Positions 23,301 to 33,430 of a DNA stretch of 64,000 nt are shown here, piece by piece. Source of the stretch: Escherichia coli (GTDB taxonomy: Bacteria; Pseudomonadota; Gammaproteobacteria; Enterobacterales; Enterobacteriaceae); the NCBI RefSeq assembly GCF_024298765.1, contig NZ_CP101210.1, one strand, 5' to 3'. The notes under the pieces were generated by a model that worked only from the letters and a program-made list of their open reading frames with translations, had not been told where the DNA came from and ran no database searches. A program made the position numbers and the translations under genes. Each line of letters opens with the position of its first letter. The stretch's first letter is position 1.

Positions 23301-24129
23301 GCAGGCGCTGGGCGAGATCACCGGACGCGAACATACCCATCTGGCGCTGCACAAAGAGGACGAGAAGATTCGCTTTCGCGATATTCAGGCGCAGCCACGT
23401 AAAATTATCTCCAGCCCCACATGGTCTGGTCTGGAAAGCGATCACGTCTCCTATAACGCGGGATACACCAACGTTCATGAGTTAATTCCGTGGCGCACGC
23501 TGTCGGGACGCCAGCAGCTCTATCAGGATCATCCGTGGATGCGTGCTTTTGGTGAAAGCCTGGTGGCTTATCGCCCGCCTATTGACACCCGTAGCGTCAG
23601 TGAAATGCGCCAGATACCGCCAAACGGCTTCCCGGAAAAAGCACTTAACTTCCTGACGCCGCACCAGAAATGGGGCATTCACTCAACCTACAGTGAAAAC
23701 CTGCTAATGCTGACGCTCTCTCGCGGTGGACCAATTGTCTGGATTAGCGAAACCGATGCCCGTGAACTGACCATTGTCGATAACGACTGGGTGGAAGTGT
23801 TTAACGCCAACGGCGCGCTGACGGCCCGCGCGGTGGTCAGCCAACGTGTACCGCCGGGTATGACCATGATGTATCACGCCCAGGAACGCATTATGAATAT
23901 TCCTGGTTCGGAAGTAACTGGCATGCGCGGCGGCATTCATAACTCGGTCACCCGCGTTTGTCCGAAACCAACGCATATGATTGGCGGTTACGCGCAGCTG
24001 GCCTGGGGCTTTAATTACTACGGCACCGTCGGCTCGAACCGTGACGAATTCATCATGATCCGCAAGATGAAGAACGTTAACTGGCTGGATGATGAAGGTC
24101 GCGATCAGGTACAGGAGGCGAAAAAATGA
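20389..24129 (+). CDS. narZ: Respiratory nitrate reductase Z alpha subunit
   Basis: 1246-aa product from the ATG at 20389 (MSKLLDRFRYFKQKGETF...); molybdopterin oxidoreductase; the ORF-track 1287-aa version is an upstream extension. Confidence 0.92.
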   Translation: MSKLLDRFRYFKQKGETFADGHGQVMHSNRDWEDSYRQRWQFDKIVRSTHGVNCTGSCSWKIYVKNGLVTWEIQQTDYPRTRPDLPNHEPRGCPRGASYSWYLYSANRLKYPLIRKRLIELWREALKQHSDPVLAWASIMNDPQKCLSYKQVRGRGGFIRSNWQELNQLIAAANVWTIKTYGPDRVAGFSPIPAMSMVSYAAGTRYLSLLGGTCLSFYDWYCDLPPASPMTWGEQTDVPESADWYNSSYIIAWGSNVPQTRTPDAHFFTEVRYKGTKTIAITPDYSEVAKLCDQWLAPKQGTDSALAMAMGHVILKEFHLDNPSDYFINYCRRYSDMPMLVMLEPRDDGSYVPGRMIRASDLVDGLGESNNPQWKTVAVNTAGELVVPNGSIGFRWGEKGKWNLESIAAGTETELSLTLLGQHDAVAGVAFPYFGGIENPHFRSVKHNPVLVRQLPVKNLTLADGNTCPVVSVYDLVLANYGLDRGLEDENSAKDYAEIKPYTPAWGEQITGVPRQYIETIAREFADTAHKTHGRSMIILGAGVNHWYHMDMNYRGMINMLIFCGCVGQSGGGWAHYVGQEKLRPQTGWLPLAFALDWNRPPRQMNSTSFFYNHSSQWRYEKVSAQELLSPLADASKYSGHLIDFNVRAERMGWLPSAPQLGCNPLGIKAEADKAGLSPTEFTAQALKSGDLRMACEQPDSGSNHPRNLFVWRSNLLGSSGKGHEYMQKYLLGTESGIQGQELGASDGIKPEEVEWQTAAIEGKLDLLVTLDFRMSSTCLFSDIVLPTATWYEKDDMNTSDMHPFIHPLSAAVDPAWESRSDWEIYKGIAKAFSQVCVGHLGKETDVVLQPLLHDSPAELSQPCEVLDWRKGECDLIPGKTAPNIVAVERDYPATYERFTSLGPLMDKLGNGGKGISWNTQDEIDFLGKLNYTKREGPAQGRPLIDTAIDASEVILALAPETNGHVAVKAWQALGEITGREHTHLALHKEDEKIRFRDIQAQPRKIISSPTWSGLESDHVSYNAGYTNVHELIPWRTLSGRQQLYQDHPWMRAFGESLVAYRPPIDTRSVSEMRQIPPNGFPEKALNFLTPHQKWGIHSTYSENLLMLTLSRGGPIVWISETDARELTIVDNDWVEVFNANGALTARAVVSQRVPPGMTMMYHAQERIMNIPGSEVTGMRGGIHNSVTRVCPKPTHMIGGYAQLAWGFNYYGTVGSNRDEFIMIRKMKNVNWLDDEGRDQVQEAKK

Positions 24130-25670
24130 AAATACGTTCGCAAGTCGGCATGGTGCTTAACCTCGATAAATGTATCGGCTGCCATACCTGTTCGGTGACC
24201 TGTAAAAACGTCTGGACCGGACGCGAAGGCATGGAGTACGCATGGTTTAACAACGTCGAAACCAAACCGGGCATTGGTTATCCGAAAAACTGGGAAGATC
24301 AGGAAGAGTGGCAAGGCGGCTGGGTGCGTGATGTGAATGGCAAGATCCGCCCGCGTCTGGGCAGCAAGATGGGCGTAATAACCAAAATCTTCGCCAACCC
24401 GGTGGTGCCGCAGATTGATGATTACTACGAACCTTTCACCTTCGACTACGAACATTTGCATAACGCACCGGAAGGCAAACATATCCCTACTGCTCGCCCG
24501 CGTTCACTGATTGACGGCAAACGGATGGACAAAGTGATCTGGGGGCCAAACTGGGAAGAATTGTTGGGCGGCGAATTCGAAAAACGCGCCCGTGACCGCA
24601 ACTTCGAGGCCATGCAAAAGGAGATGTACGGGCAGTTTGAAAACACCTTCATGATGTACCTGCCGCGCCTGTGCGAACACTGCCTCAATCCCAGTTGCGT
24701 GGCGACCTGCCCAAGCGGCGCTATCTACAAACGCGAAGAAGACGGCATTGTGCTGATCGATCAGGATAAATGCCGTGGCTGGCGTTTGTGCATTAGCGGT
24801 TGTCCGTACAAAAAAATCTACTTCAACTGGAAAAGCGGCAAGTCAGAAAAATGTATCTTCTGTTACCCACGAATTGAGTCAGGCCAACCCACCGTGTGCT
24901 CAGAAACCTGCGTGGGTCGCATCCGGTATCTGGGCGTGCTGCTTTACGACGCCGACCGCATCGAGGAAGCGGCGAGCACCGAGCGCGAAGTTGACCTCTA
25001 TGAACGCCAGTGCGAAGTGTTCCTCGATCCGCACGATCCCTCAGTGATCGAAGAAGCCCTGAAACAAGGTATTCCACAAAACGTGATTGAAGCTGCCCAG
25101 CGTTCGCCAGTCTACAAAATGGCGATGGACTGGAAACTGGCGTTACCGCTGCACCCTGAATACCGCACCCTGCCGATGGTCTGGTACGTTCCTCCGCTGT
25201 CACCGATTCAGTCTTACGCTGATGCGGGCGGTTTGCCGAAAAGCGAAGGCGTGCTGCCCGCCATCGAAAGCCTGCGTATTCCGGTGCAATATCTCGCCAA
25301 TATGTTGAGTGCTGGCGATACCGGTCCGGTACTGCGGGCGCTGAAACGGATGATGGCGATGCGCCACTATATGCGTTCACAAACCGTGGAAGGCGTTACC
25401 GATACCCGCGCCATTGACGAAGTAGGCCTGAGCGTCGCCCAGGTCGAAGAGATGTATCGCTACCTCGCCATTGCCAACTATGAAGACCGTTTTGTCATTC
25501 CAACCAGTCATCGGGAAATGGCGGGCGATGCCTTCGCAGAACGCAATGGCTGCGGTTTTACCTTTGGCGACGGTTGCCACGGTTCGGACAGCAAATTCAA
25601 CCTGTTCAACAGTAGCCGTATCGATGCCATCAACATCACCGAAGTGCGCGACAAAGCGGAGGGCGAATAA
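24126..25670 (+). CDS. narY: Respiratory nitrate reductase Z beta subunit (Fe-S)
   Basis: 514-aa ORF with multiple Cys clusters; overlaps the narZ stop by 4 nt. Confidence 0.93.
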   Translation: MKIRSQVGMVLNLDKCIGCHTCSVTCKNVWTGREGMEYAWFNNVETKPGIGYPKNWEDQEEWQGGWVRDVNGKIRPRLGSKMGVITKIFANPVVPQIDDYYEPFTFDYEHLHNAPEGKHIPTARPRSLIDGKRMDKVIWGPNWEELLGGEFEKRARDRNFEAMQKEMYGQFENTFMMYLPRLCEHCLNPSCVATCPSGAIYKREEDGIVLIDQDKCRGWRLCISGCPYKKIYFNWKSGKSEKCIFCYPRIESGQPTVCSETCVGRIRYLGVLLYDADRIEEAASTEREVDLYERQCEVFLDPHDPSVIEEALKQGIPQNVIEAAQRSPVYKMAMDWKLALPLHPEYRTLPMVWYVPPLSPIQSYADAGGLPKSEGVLPAIESLRIPVQYLANMLSAGDTGPVLRALKRMMAMRHYMRSQTVEGVTDTRAIDEVGLSVAQVEEMYRYLAIANYEDRFVIPTSHREMAGDAFAERNGCGFTFGDGCHGSDSKFNLFNSSRIDAINITEVRDKAEGE

Positions 25671-26365
25671 TGCAGATCCTCAAAGTGATCGGCCTGTTGA
25701 TGGAGTATCCGGACGAGCTGTTGTGGGAATGTAAGGAGGACGCGCTGGCGTTGATCCGCCGCGACGCACCGATGCTCACCGATTTTGCACTCGACCTGCT
25801 CAACGCGCCGCTGCTGGATAAACAGGCCGAATGGTGTGAAGTGTTTGACCGCGGGCGCACCACGTCGCTGCTGCTGTTTGAACATGTTCATGCCGAGTCC
25901 CGCGATCGCGGCCAGGCAATGGTGGACCTGCTGGCGGAGTATGAAAAGGTCGGTCTGCAACTGAATTGTAGGGAACTGCCCGATTATCTACCGCTGTATC
26001 TGGAGTATTTAAGCATACTTCCGGACGATCAGGCGAAAGAAGGATTACTCAACGTTGCGCCGATCCTCGCCCTGCTTGGCGGACGCTTAAAACAACGCGA
26101 GGCACCGTGGTACGCGTTATTTGACGCCCTGTTGCAACTGGCAGGAAGCCCTCTATCAAGTGACAGTGTCACAAAACAGATTCGCAGTGAAGAGCGTGAC
26201 GACACCCGCCAGGCGCTGGATGCGGTGTGGGAAGAAGAACAGGTGAAGTTTATTGAAGATAACGCCACGGCGTGTGACAGCTCGCCGCTTAATCAATATC
26301 AGCGACGCTTTAGCCAGGATGTCGCGCCGCAGTATGTCGACATCAGTGCGGGAGGTGGGAAATGA
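25670..26365 (+). CDS. narW: Nitrate reductase Z assembly chaperone
   Basis: 231-aa ORF; NarJ-like; translationally coupled between narY and narV. Confidence 0.9.
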   Translation: MQILKVIGLLMEYPDELLWECKEDALALIRRDAPMLTDFALDLLNAPLLDKQAEWCEVFDRGRTTSLLLFEHVHAESRDRGQAMVDLLAEYEKVGLQLNCRELPDYLPLYLEYLSILPDDQAKEGLLNVAPILALLGGRLKQREAPWYALFDALLQLAGSPLSSDSVTKQIRSEERDDTRQALDAVWEEEQVKFIEDNATACDSSPLNQYQRRFSQDVAPQYVDISAGGGK

Positions 26366-27042
26366 TTCAGTATCTGAACGTCTTTTTTTACGATATCTAC
26401 CCGTACTTGTGTGGCACGGTTTTTATCCTTGGAAGCTGGCTGCGCTACGATTACGGGCAGTATACCTGGCGTGCCGCCTCCAGCCAGATGCTGGATAAAC
26501 GCGGGATGGTGCTATGGTCGAACTTGTTCCATATCGGCATTCTGGGGATCTTCTTCGGTCATCTGTTCGGCATGTTAACGCCGCACTGGATGTACGCGTG
26601 GTTTCTGCCGGTGGCGGTAAAACAGCAGATGGCGATGATCCTCGGCGGAATATGCGGGGTATTGACGCTGATTGGCGGTGCGGGGCTACTGGTGCGTCGT
26701 TTAACAAATCCGCGTATCAGGGCGACGTCTTCTGGTGCGGATATCCTGATCCTCGCCATTTTGTTAATTCAGTGCATTCTTGGGTTAACCACCATTCCTT
26801 TTTCAGCACAACATCCGGACGGCAGTGAAATGATGAAGCTGGTGGGCTGGGCGCAAAGCATTGTCACTTTCCAGGGCGGTGCATCTACGCATCTTGATGG
26901 TGTCGCCTTTATATTCCGCGTTCATCTGGTGCTTGGAATGACCATCTTCCTGCTCTTCCCGTTCACCCGACTGGTGCATGTCTGGAGCGCGCCGTTTGAG
27001 TACTTTACTCGTCGGTATCAGATTGTGCGTTCGCGGCGTTAA
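26362..27042 (+). CDS. narV: Respiratory nitrate reductase Z gamma subunit (cytochrome b)
   Basis: 226-aa ORF; 5-TM heme-b subunit. Confidence 0.92.
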   Translation: MIQYLNVFFYDIYPYLCGTVFILGSWLRYDYGQYTWRAASSQMLDKRGMVLWSNLFHIGILGIFFGHLFGMLTPHWMYAWFLPVAVKQQMAMILGGICGVLTLIGGAGLLVRRLTNPRIRATSSGADILILAILLIQCILGLTTIPFSAQHPDGSEMMKLVGWAQSIVTFQGGASTHLDGVAFIFRVHLVLGMTIFLLFPFTRLVHVWSAPFEYFTRRYQIVRSRR

Positions 27043-27121
27043 TTCTCACGCGGGCCGGACAGCCCTTCGCTCTCCGGCCACTTGCAGGCTATGATAGTTC
27101 TCCAGCCACAGGAGAACATTA

Positions 27122-28015
27122 ATGAAACCGCAGGTTTACCACGTCGATGCTTTTACCTCTCAACCGTTTCGCGGCAATTCTGCCGGTGTTGTTTTCCCCG
27201 CCGATAATCTCAGTGAAGCGCAAATGCAGCTTATCGCCCGCGAGTTAGGTCATTCGGAAACTGCTTTTCTGCTGCACAGCGACGACAGCGATGTGCGCAT
27301 CCGCTACTTTACGCCAACGGTTGAAGTTCCGATTTGTGGTCACGCGACAGTAGCTGCGCACTATGTACGTGCAAAGGTGTTAGGTTTAGGAAATTGCACG
27401 GTCTGGCAAACATCGCTGGCAGGAAAACACCGCGTGACTATCGAAAAGCATAACGATGATTATCGTATTTCGCTGGAACAAGGTACGCCGGGCTTTGAGC
27501 CACCGCTGGAAGGTGAAACATGTGCGGCGATTATCAACGCGCTTCATCTCACTGAAGACGATATTCTGCCAGGCTTACCAATTCAGGTGGCAACCACAGG
27601 ACACTCAAAAGTGATGATCCCACTGAAACCGGAAGTGGATATCGACGCCCTTTCGCCTGACCTTAATGCGCTGACCGCTATCAGCAAACAGATTGGCTGC
27701 AATGGTTTCTTCCCGTTCCAGATCCGCCCAGACAAAAACGAAACCGACGGTCGTATGTTCTCGCCTGCGATTGGTATTGTGGAAGATCCGGTGACCGGCA
27801 ATGCCAATGGCCCGATGGGTGCATGGTTGGTACATCACAACGTATTATCCCACGATGGCAACGTGTTGCGTGTTAAAGGCCATCAGGGGCGCGCATTGGG
27901 GCGTGATGGTGTAATTGATGTGACGGTGACAATTCGAGATAACCAACCGGAGAAAGTTACCATTTCCGGCACGGCGGTGATTCTATTCCATGCTGAATGG
28001 GCCATTGATTTTTGA
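27122..28015 (+). CDS. yddE: PhzF-family isomerase-like protein
   Basis: 297-aa ORF; PhzF/DapF-like fold. Confidence 0.88.
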   Translation: MKPQVYHVDAFTSQPFRGNSAGVVFPADNLSEAQMQLIARELGHSETAFLLHSDDSDVRIRYFTPTVEVPICGHATVAAHYVRAKVLGLGNCTVWQTSLAGKHRVTIEKHNDDYRISLEQGTPGFEPPLEGETCAAIINALHLTEDDILPGLPIQVATTGHSKVMIPLKPEVDIDALSPDLNALTAISKQIGCNGFFPFQIRPDKNETDGRMFSPAIGIVEDPVTGNANGPMGAWLVHHNVLSHDGNVLRVKGHQGRALGRDGVIDVTVTIRDNQPEKVTISGTAVILFHAEWAIDF

Positions 28016-28021
28016 TGCCGT

Positions 28022-28100
28022 TGCCTGATGCGCTTCGCTTATCAGGCCTACAACCGGACTAATGTAGGCCGGATAAGGCGTTTACGCCACATCCGGCAAC
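28022..28100. repeat. REP elements (BIME-like pair) between yddE and nhoA
   Basis: Two palindromic units, gcctgatgcgcttcgcttatcaggcctac and gtaggccggataaggcgtttacgccacatccggca, matching the REP consensus. Confidence 0.75.
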
Positions 28101-28110
28101 CTGACATAAA

Positions 28111-28956
28111 TTATTTTCCCGCCTCCGGGTGCGTATCAAACGCCGCCATCACCAGCGCTAACTCATCCACAGTAAAGCCATGTTTCGCATCATCTACGCC
28201 CAGACCAAACTGTTCCTGCATCACGGCATATAACGACGCCACATCTGGTAGATTTCGCTGCTCAACTGCGTGCCCATTTTCATAATGGGTAAAATGAAAA
28301 TTGGTCAGCGTTAGCTTGCCACCGTCCGGCAAATGGCGACACATCAGCAAATGATGGCGAAAATGCGACTGCGGCCAGTGCGCCGACCAGAAATTGCCCA
28401 TCACATAATCGTTTTGTTGCTGCTCGCAGAGATCAAAACGGTACATCGACTGCCAGTGCTGATGATGATTAAACTGCAACACCCAATCATCACCCTCCTG
28501 TAACAACCGATACTCTCCGTGTGGCGTGATCTGCACGAGATCGGGAACTAAACGAATCGGCGCGGTTAGCGTCTGTCCACCGAAACCGACATCAGCAATC
28601 CATTTTTCCCCTTCCAGTTCCACCAACAACAAACGATGGGTGCGCGGCGGTAATGCTGGCGGATTTGATAACACTACGCGCCCTAACAAGCTGCGAACGT
28701 TAAACCCCAGCTCGCGTAACACCCGCTCAAACACGCCATTCTGCTCAAAACAGTAACCGCCACGATGGGCTGTCACCAGTTTCTCTTCCAGCGATTGATC
28801 ATCAAGCTGTATTTCCCTCGGCAGCAAAACGTCGAGGTTTTCAAACGGAATAGTGCAATTGTGTTTCAGGTGCAATGCACGCAGCGTATCAATATTGACC
28901 GCAGCAGCTCCCGACCAGTTAATACGGGCAAAATAATGATTCAGAATGGGCGTCAT
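28111..28956 (-). CDS. nhoA: Arylamine N-acetyltransferase / N-hydroxyarylamine O-acetyltransferase
   Basis: 281-aa ORF; NAT-family Cys-His-Asp enzyme. Confidence 0.92.
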   Translation of the reverse strand: MTPILNHYFARINWSGAAAVNIDTLRALHLKHNCTIPFENLDVLLPREIQLDDQSLEEKLVTAHRGGYCFEQNGVFERVLRELGFNVRSLLGRVVLSNPPALPPRTHRLLLVELEGEKWIADVGFGGQTLTAPIRLVPDLVQITPHGEYRLLQEGDDWVLQFNHHQHWQSMYRFDLCEQQQNDYVMGNFWSAHWPQSHFRHHLLMCRHLPDGGKLTLTNFHFTHYENGHAVEQRNLPDVASLYAVMQEQFGLGVDDAKHGFTVDELALVMAAFDTHPEAGK

Positions 28957-29130
28957 CAGGCGTTTCCCTTAGTGGTTTTCTCAACTTATAACCTGGAATA
29001 GGCGCCGCACCGGCTATTTTGTGCGATCGCGGACATGCATCACGTTCGCAAATCGCCAATCCCGTTAATTTCGTTACTTATTGCGTTACGAGCTACGCTT
29101 TTAAAACACCCTTCATAGCGAGGCGATATC

Positions 29131-29700
29131 GTGAGCCAATTCATTCCCGTCGAATTACACCATGCCAGCCGTCTGTTAAATCATGGCCCAACTGTCTTGA
29201 TCACCAGTTTCGATGAGCAATCCCAGCGGCGTAACATTATGGCTGCAGCCTGGTCAATGCCGGTGGAGTTTGAACCTCCACGCGTGGCGATTGTGGTAGA
29301 TAAGTCGACATGGACCAGGGAGTTGATTGAGCGTAACGGTAAATTTGGCATCGTTATCCCAGGCGTTGCAGCGACTAACTGGACGTGGGCAGTGGGAAGT
29401 GTATCTGGGCGTGAAGAGGATAAATTTTATTGCTATGGCATTCCGGTGGTGAAAGGTCCGGTGCTTGGTTTGCCACTTGTTGAAGAGAAATGTCTGGCGT
29501 GGATGGAGTGCCGATTGCTACCAGCGACTTCCGCGCAAGAGAAATACGACACGCTGTTTGGCGAAGTGGTATCAGCAGCGGCAGACGCACGGGTATTTGT
29601 CGAAGGCCGCTGGCAGTTTGATGATGATAAGCTCAATACGTTGCATCATTTAGGCGCTGGCACGTTTGTTACCAGCGGCAAGCGTGTTACGGCAGGTTAA
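29131..29700 (+). CDS. yddH: Flavin reductase-like domain protein
   Basis: 189-aa ORF. Confidence 0.88.
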   Translation: MSQFIPVELHHASRLLNHGPTVLITSFDEQSQRRNIMAAAWSMPVEFEPPRVAIVVDKSTWTRELIERNGKFGIVIPGVAATNWTWAVGSVSGREEDKFYCYGIPVVKGPVLGLPLVEEKCLAWMECRLLPATSAQEKYDTLFGEVVSAAADARVFVEGRWQFDDDKLNTLHHLGAGTFVTSGKRVTAG

Positions 29701-29703
29701 GCA

Positions 29704-29931
29704 TTACATGCTGTAACCGGGTTTCTTTATCAAAGCCTCCATTTGGGGCTCGATTTCGGCATCCCAGATAGCTTGCCAAGATTCTGGTTGAATCTGCTGT
29801 AGAGAAATGCTTATCGAGCTATCTTTACTGTTCAGATGGCGAATAATAACGTCGGTAATATCTGCAGCAAGTGCTGCTTTTTGTTGTTCGTCCAGTTCAC
29901 GCGGAAAACATTTAATGTCTATGTGCGGCAT
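29704..29931 (-). CDS. pptA: Tautomerase PptA (4-oxalocrotonate tautomerase family)
   Basis: 75-aa product from the ATG at 29931 ([21 protein letters not shown]...), with Pro at position 2 as the catalytic N-terminal residue after Met removal. Confidence 0.88.
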   Translation of the reverse strand: MPHIDIKCFPRELDEQQKAALAADITDVIIRHLNSKDSSISISLQQIQPESWQAIWDAEIEPQMEALIKKPGYSM

Positions 29932-30236
29932 GATTGTGCTCCTTTTGAAAGATGTCAGTAAAATTAACACACGTTGTGAATGTCGTGTGTCCGGTAATGC
30001 GTTTTTACGGCAATAATGCCTACTTGAAATTGTACATATTTGTACTACACACTTTTAAATAAAGCGCCAATGAAAACGTTAACTTGCAGAATATATTCTT
30101 CGCCAACATGCCATTAAGAAAACATCAAGTTCCCGGCTTGCCAATTTGTTAACGCCCATTATAGTTATTCTTGCCCTCACTAAAAATTTTCATCCGTAAT
30201 TACCCCCAATAAAAATCCATTCTGGAGACGCTTAAG

Positions 30237-32213
30237 ATGCAGCTTAATCATATCGTTAAAAGTCTGCTAATAACGGGATTATTCACCACCAGTTCTTTAC
30301 CTCTCCTCGCGGCGGAAGCTCCTAAAGACGCCACCGCAGCCACACAACAAGCAAACAATTTACTCTACAACCAGTTGCCGTTTGCCGATAACACTGACTT
30401 TACTGATGCCCATAAAGGTTTTATTGCCCCTATCCCTCAAGACGTGATTAAGGGCGAACAAGGGAATGTTATCTGGGATCCACAACATTACGCTTTTATC
30501 AAAGAAGGCGATAAAGCCCCTGATACGGTGAATCCGAGTTTATGGCGTCAGGCGCAACTGATAAATATCAGCGGGTTATTCGAAGTAACTGAAGGTGTCT
30601 ATCAGATTCGCAATCTCGATCTATCAAATATGACCATCATTGAAGGCAAAGAGGGTATTACCGTCGTTGATCCCCTTGTTTCAGCAGAAACAGCCAAAGT
30701 GGGTATGGATCTCTATTACAAAAATCGCGGCAAAAAACCGGTAGTGGCGGTTATCTATACACACAGTCATGTCGATCACTACGGTGGTGTTCGTGGCGTA
30801 ATTGATGAAGCTGACGTTAAATCAGGCAAAGTTAAAATCTATGCGCCAGCCGGATTTTTGGAGGAAGCCGTTTCCGAAAACATCATGGCTGGCAATGTTA
30901 TGAGCCGACGAGCCAGTTATATGTATGGCAACTTATTGAAACCTGATGTTAAAGGCCAGGTGGGGGCTGGACTGGGAACGACTACTTCAGCAGGAACAGT
31001 CACGTTGATTGCTCCTACTAACTACATCACCAAAACCGGACAAATAGAAACTATTGACGGGTTGACTTATGATTTCCTGATGGCGCCAGGTTCTGAAGCG
31101 CCTTCTGAAATGCTGTGGTTTATTGAAGAAAAGAAACTGATCGAAACCGCTGAAGATGTCACGCACACCCTTCATAACACCTATTCGCTGCGTGGGGCTA
31201 AAATTCGCCAACCGCTGCCGTGGTCAAAATATATTAATGAAGCTCTCAATTTGTGGGGTGATAAAGCCGAGATTATTCTCGCTCAACATCACTGGCCAAC
31301 CTGGGGCAACGATAACGTGGTCAAACTGCTTAAAAGCCAGCGTGATTTGTATCGTTACATCAATGATCAAACTCTGCGCATGGCAAATCAAGGGATGACC
31401 CGTGATGAAATTGCCGCAAACTTTAAACTTCCCTCTTCACTGGCTAACACCTGGGCGAATCGCGGCTATTACGGTTCGGTAAGTCATGACGTGAAAGCAA
31501 CTTACGTGCTTTATCTCGGCTGGTTTGATGGTAACCCCGCGACGCTTGATGAACTGCCGCCAGAAGAAGGCGCAAAAAAATTCGTCGAGTATATGGGCGG
31601 TGCTGATGCCATTTTACAGAAAGCCAAACAGGATTATGACCAGGGTAATTTCCGCTGGGTTGCCCAAGTTGTTAGTAAGGTGGTGTTTGCCGATCCAAAC
31701 AACCAGGCAGCGAGAGATCTGGAAGCTGATGCGCTTGAGCAGTTAGGCTATCAGGCTGAATCTGGGCCGTGGCGTAATTTCTATCTCACTGGCGCACAGG
31801 AATTGCGTAATGGTGTACAAAAATTACCAACACCAAATACTGCCAGCCCAGACACCGTGCGTGCGATGACGCCGGAGATGTTCTTTGATTATCTTGCCGT
31901 CCATATTAATGGTGAGAAAGCGGCAGATGCCAAAACCGTGTTGAATTTCGATTTTGGTGAAGATGGCGGCACCTATAAAGTGGAGCTTGAAAATGGTGTT
32001 CTCAATCATACAGCTGGTGTAGAGGCTTCGGATGCTGATGCCACTATCACTCTGTCTCGTGATGTATTGAACAAAATTGTACTGAAAGAAGAGACGCTGA
32101 AAGAAGCCACGGCCAAAGGAGATGTCAAAATTACTGGCAATGCGGAAAAACTCAACGAGCTGTTAGGTTATATGGATAATTTTGAATTTTGGTTCAATAT
32201 AGTGACACCATAA
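30237..32213 (+). CDS. Secreted MBL-fold alkyl/aryl-sulfatase-like protein (SdsA1/YjcS family)
   Basis: 658-aa ORF; N-terminal signal peptide; metallo-beta-lactamase motif THSHVDHYGG; C-terminal SCP2-like region; not part of the K-12 gene order at this position as I recall it. Confidence 0.8.
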   Translation: MQLNHIVKSLLITGLFTTSSLPLLAAEAPKDATAATQQANNLLYNQLPFADNTDFTDAHKGFIAPIPQDVIKGEQGNVIWDPQHYAFIKEGDKAPDTVNPSLWRQAQLINISGLFEVTEGVYQIRNLDLSNMTIIEGKEGITVVDPLVSAETAKVGMDLYYKNRGKKPVVAVIYTHSHVDHYGGVRGVIDEADVKSGKVKIYAPAGFLEEAVSENIMAGNVMSRRASYMYGNLLKPDVKGQVGAGLGTTTSAGTVTLIAPTNYITKTGQIETIDGLTYDFLMAPGSEAPSEMLWFIEEKKLIETAEDVTHTLHNTYSLRGAKIRQPLPWSKYINEALNLWGDKAEIILAQHHWPTWGNDNVVKLLKSQRDLYRYINDQTLRMANQGMTRDEIAANFKLPSSLANTWANRGYYGSVSHDVKATYVLYLGWFDGNPATLDELPPEEGAKKFVEYMGGADAILQKAKQDYDQGNFRWVAQVVSKVVFADPNNQAARDLEADALEQLGYQAESGPWRNFYLTGAQELRNGVQKLPTPNTASPDTVRAMTPEMFFDYLAVHINGEKAADAKTVLNFDFGEDGGTYKVELENGVLNHTAGVEASDADATITLSRDVLNKIVLKEETLKEATAKGDVKITGNAEKLNELLGYMDNFEFWFNIVTP

Positions 32214-32227
32214 ATTTACTGCATACC

Positions 32228-32250
32228 GGGCAGGTATCCTGCCCTTTTTT
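32228..32250 (+). terminator. Rho-independent terminator after the sulfatase-like gene
   Basis: Hairpin gggcagg-tatc-ctgccc followed by tttttt. Confidence 0.75.
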
Positions 32251-32307
32251 GGTTAAAAAATGGCTGAACGAAGAAAAACGCATCACTCATGGAAAACCCG
32301 CCGCGAT

Positions 32308-33357
32308 ATGGTTATTCGCGGCATGACGATTAGTTTGCCATGGTTTGCTTTTATCAATGTCAGTTTTGCATTGATAATTTTGCTGCGCCGTGTTCTGTTT
32401 AATGACCTTACTCCACCCTGGTTAAATGAAAAAAGCCTTATACATTCTATTGATATATCTGCAACGGGTATTCTGCTAATTTGCAGTGGTTTACTACTCA
32501 TCCCTCGGCAAAAAACATTACCTATCCAGGTGCTATTAGTTGCCCTGAGCCTGCTATGGTCATGGTGTAGTTATCACTTTATTGCGTACTGGACGCTGCA
32601 GTTTGCTTATCCACTATGTGTATTATTAATGCTTAGTGGCGTTGTCGCACTTTATTTCCATACCCCATCATTGCTCGCATTTGTCATTCCCTTATGGTTC
32701 ACCACTCCAATAGCGAGTCTTATGCTTAATCAACAGATCAATATTCATTTTGCTGTTGTATGGTGTATTTTTTCACTGGCGCTATATGGTGGGCGACTCA
32801 TTTTGTTACGTTGGTTTGAAGAAGCATGGGTACAAAACAGTTATAACAACCAGTTAATTAATCGCCTTGATGCATTAGCACATCGTGATCCTTTAACTGG
32901 GATAGCAAACCGACGTGCAATGAACAGTATCTTACACGACGCGATAGATAACGGCGGGTCATTTGCTCTTATTATGCTGGATGTCGATTTTTTTAAACGT
33001 TACAACGACACTTACGGGCATCCTGCTGGGGATCGTTGTCTAATACAAGTTGCCGACGCTCTACAGCGTTCAACTCGCCAGTCGGAGGATGTTGTTGTCC
33101 GTTATGGTGGCGAAGAGTTTGCCATCATACTTTTTAATGCAACATTGCCGGAAGCAGAGACGGTAGCAGCCAGAGTGAAGCAAGAACTTAAACTGGCAGC
33201 TATCCCACATCAGGCATCTGCTGTTAATGCATTCGTTACGGTTAGTCAGGGGATTACCTGTTCTGCTCCCGCAAAAACGGCTGAACAAATTATTTCAGAT
33301 GCCGACGCTGCGTTATACCGGGCGAAAGAAAGTGGGCGAAATCGATGGGCTTTATAA
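32308..33357 (+). CDS. Membrane-anchored diguanylate cyclase (GGEEF), accessory
   Basis: ORF track gives 32260..33357 (365 aa); about 200 aa of polytopic membrane N-terminus followed by a GGDEF domain with an RYGGEEF active site and an I-site-like RxxD. Start uncertain because the ATG at 32260 directly abuts the upstream terminator; 32308 (MVIRGM...) is an alternative. Confidence 0.8.
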   Translation: MVIRGMTISLPWFAFINVSFALIILLRRVLFNDLTPPWLNEKSLIHSIDISATGILLICSGLLLIPRQKTLPIQVLLVALSLLWSWCSYHFIAYWTLQFAYPLCVLLMLSGVVALYFHTPSLLAFVIPLWFTTPIASLMLNQQINIHFAVVWCIFSLALYGGRLILLRWFEEAWVQNSYNNQLINRLDALAHRDPLTGIANRRAMNSILHDAIDNGGSFALIMLDVDFFKRYNDTYGHPAGDRCLIQVADALQRSTRQSEDVVVRYGGEEFAIILFNATLPEAETVAARVKQELKLAAIPHQASAVNAFVTVSQGITCSAPAKTAEQIISDADAALYRAKESGRNRWAL

Positions 33358-33430
33358 GCATTAGGGGACTGGACAGATTACGTCTCTCCTCGCTTAACAA
33401 GGGCTGACGGAGGGTAATAATTGTCTATAG

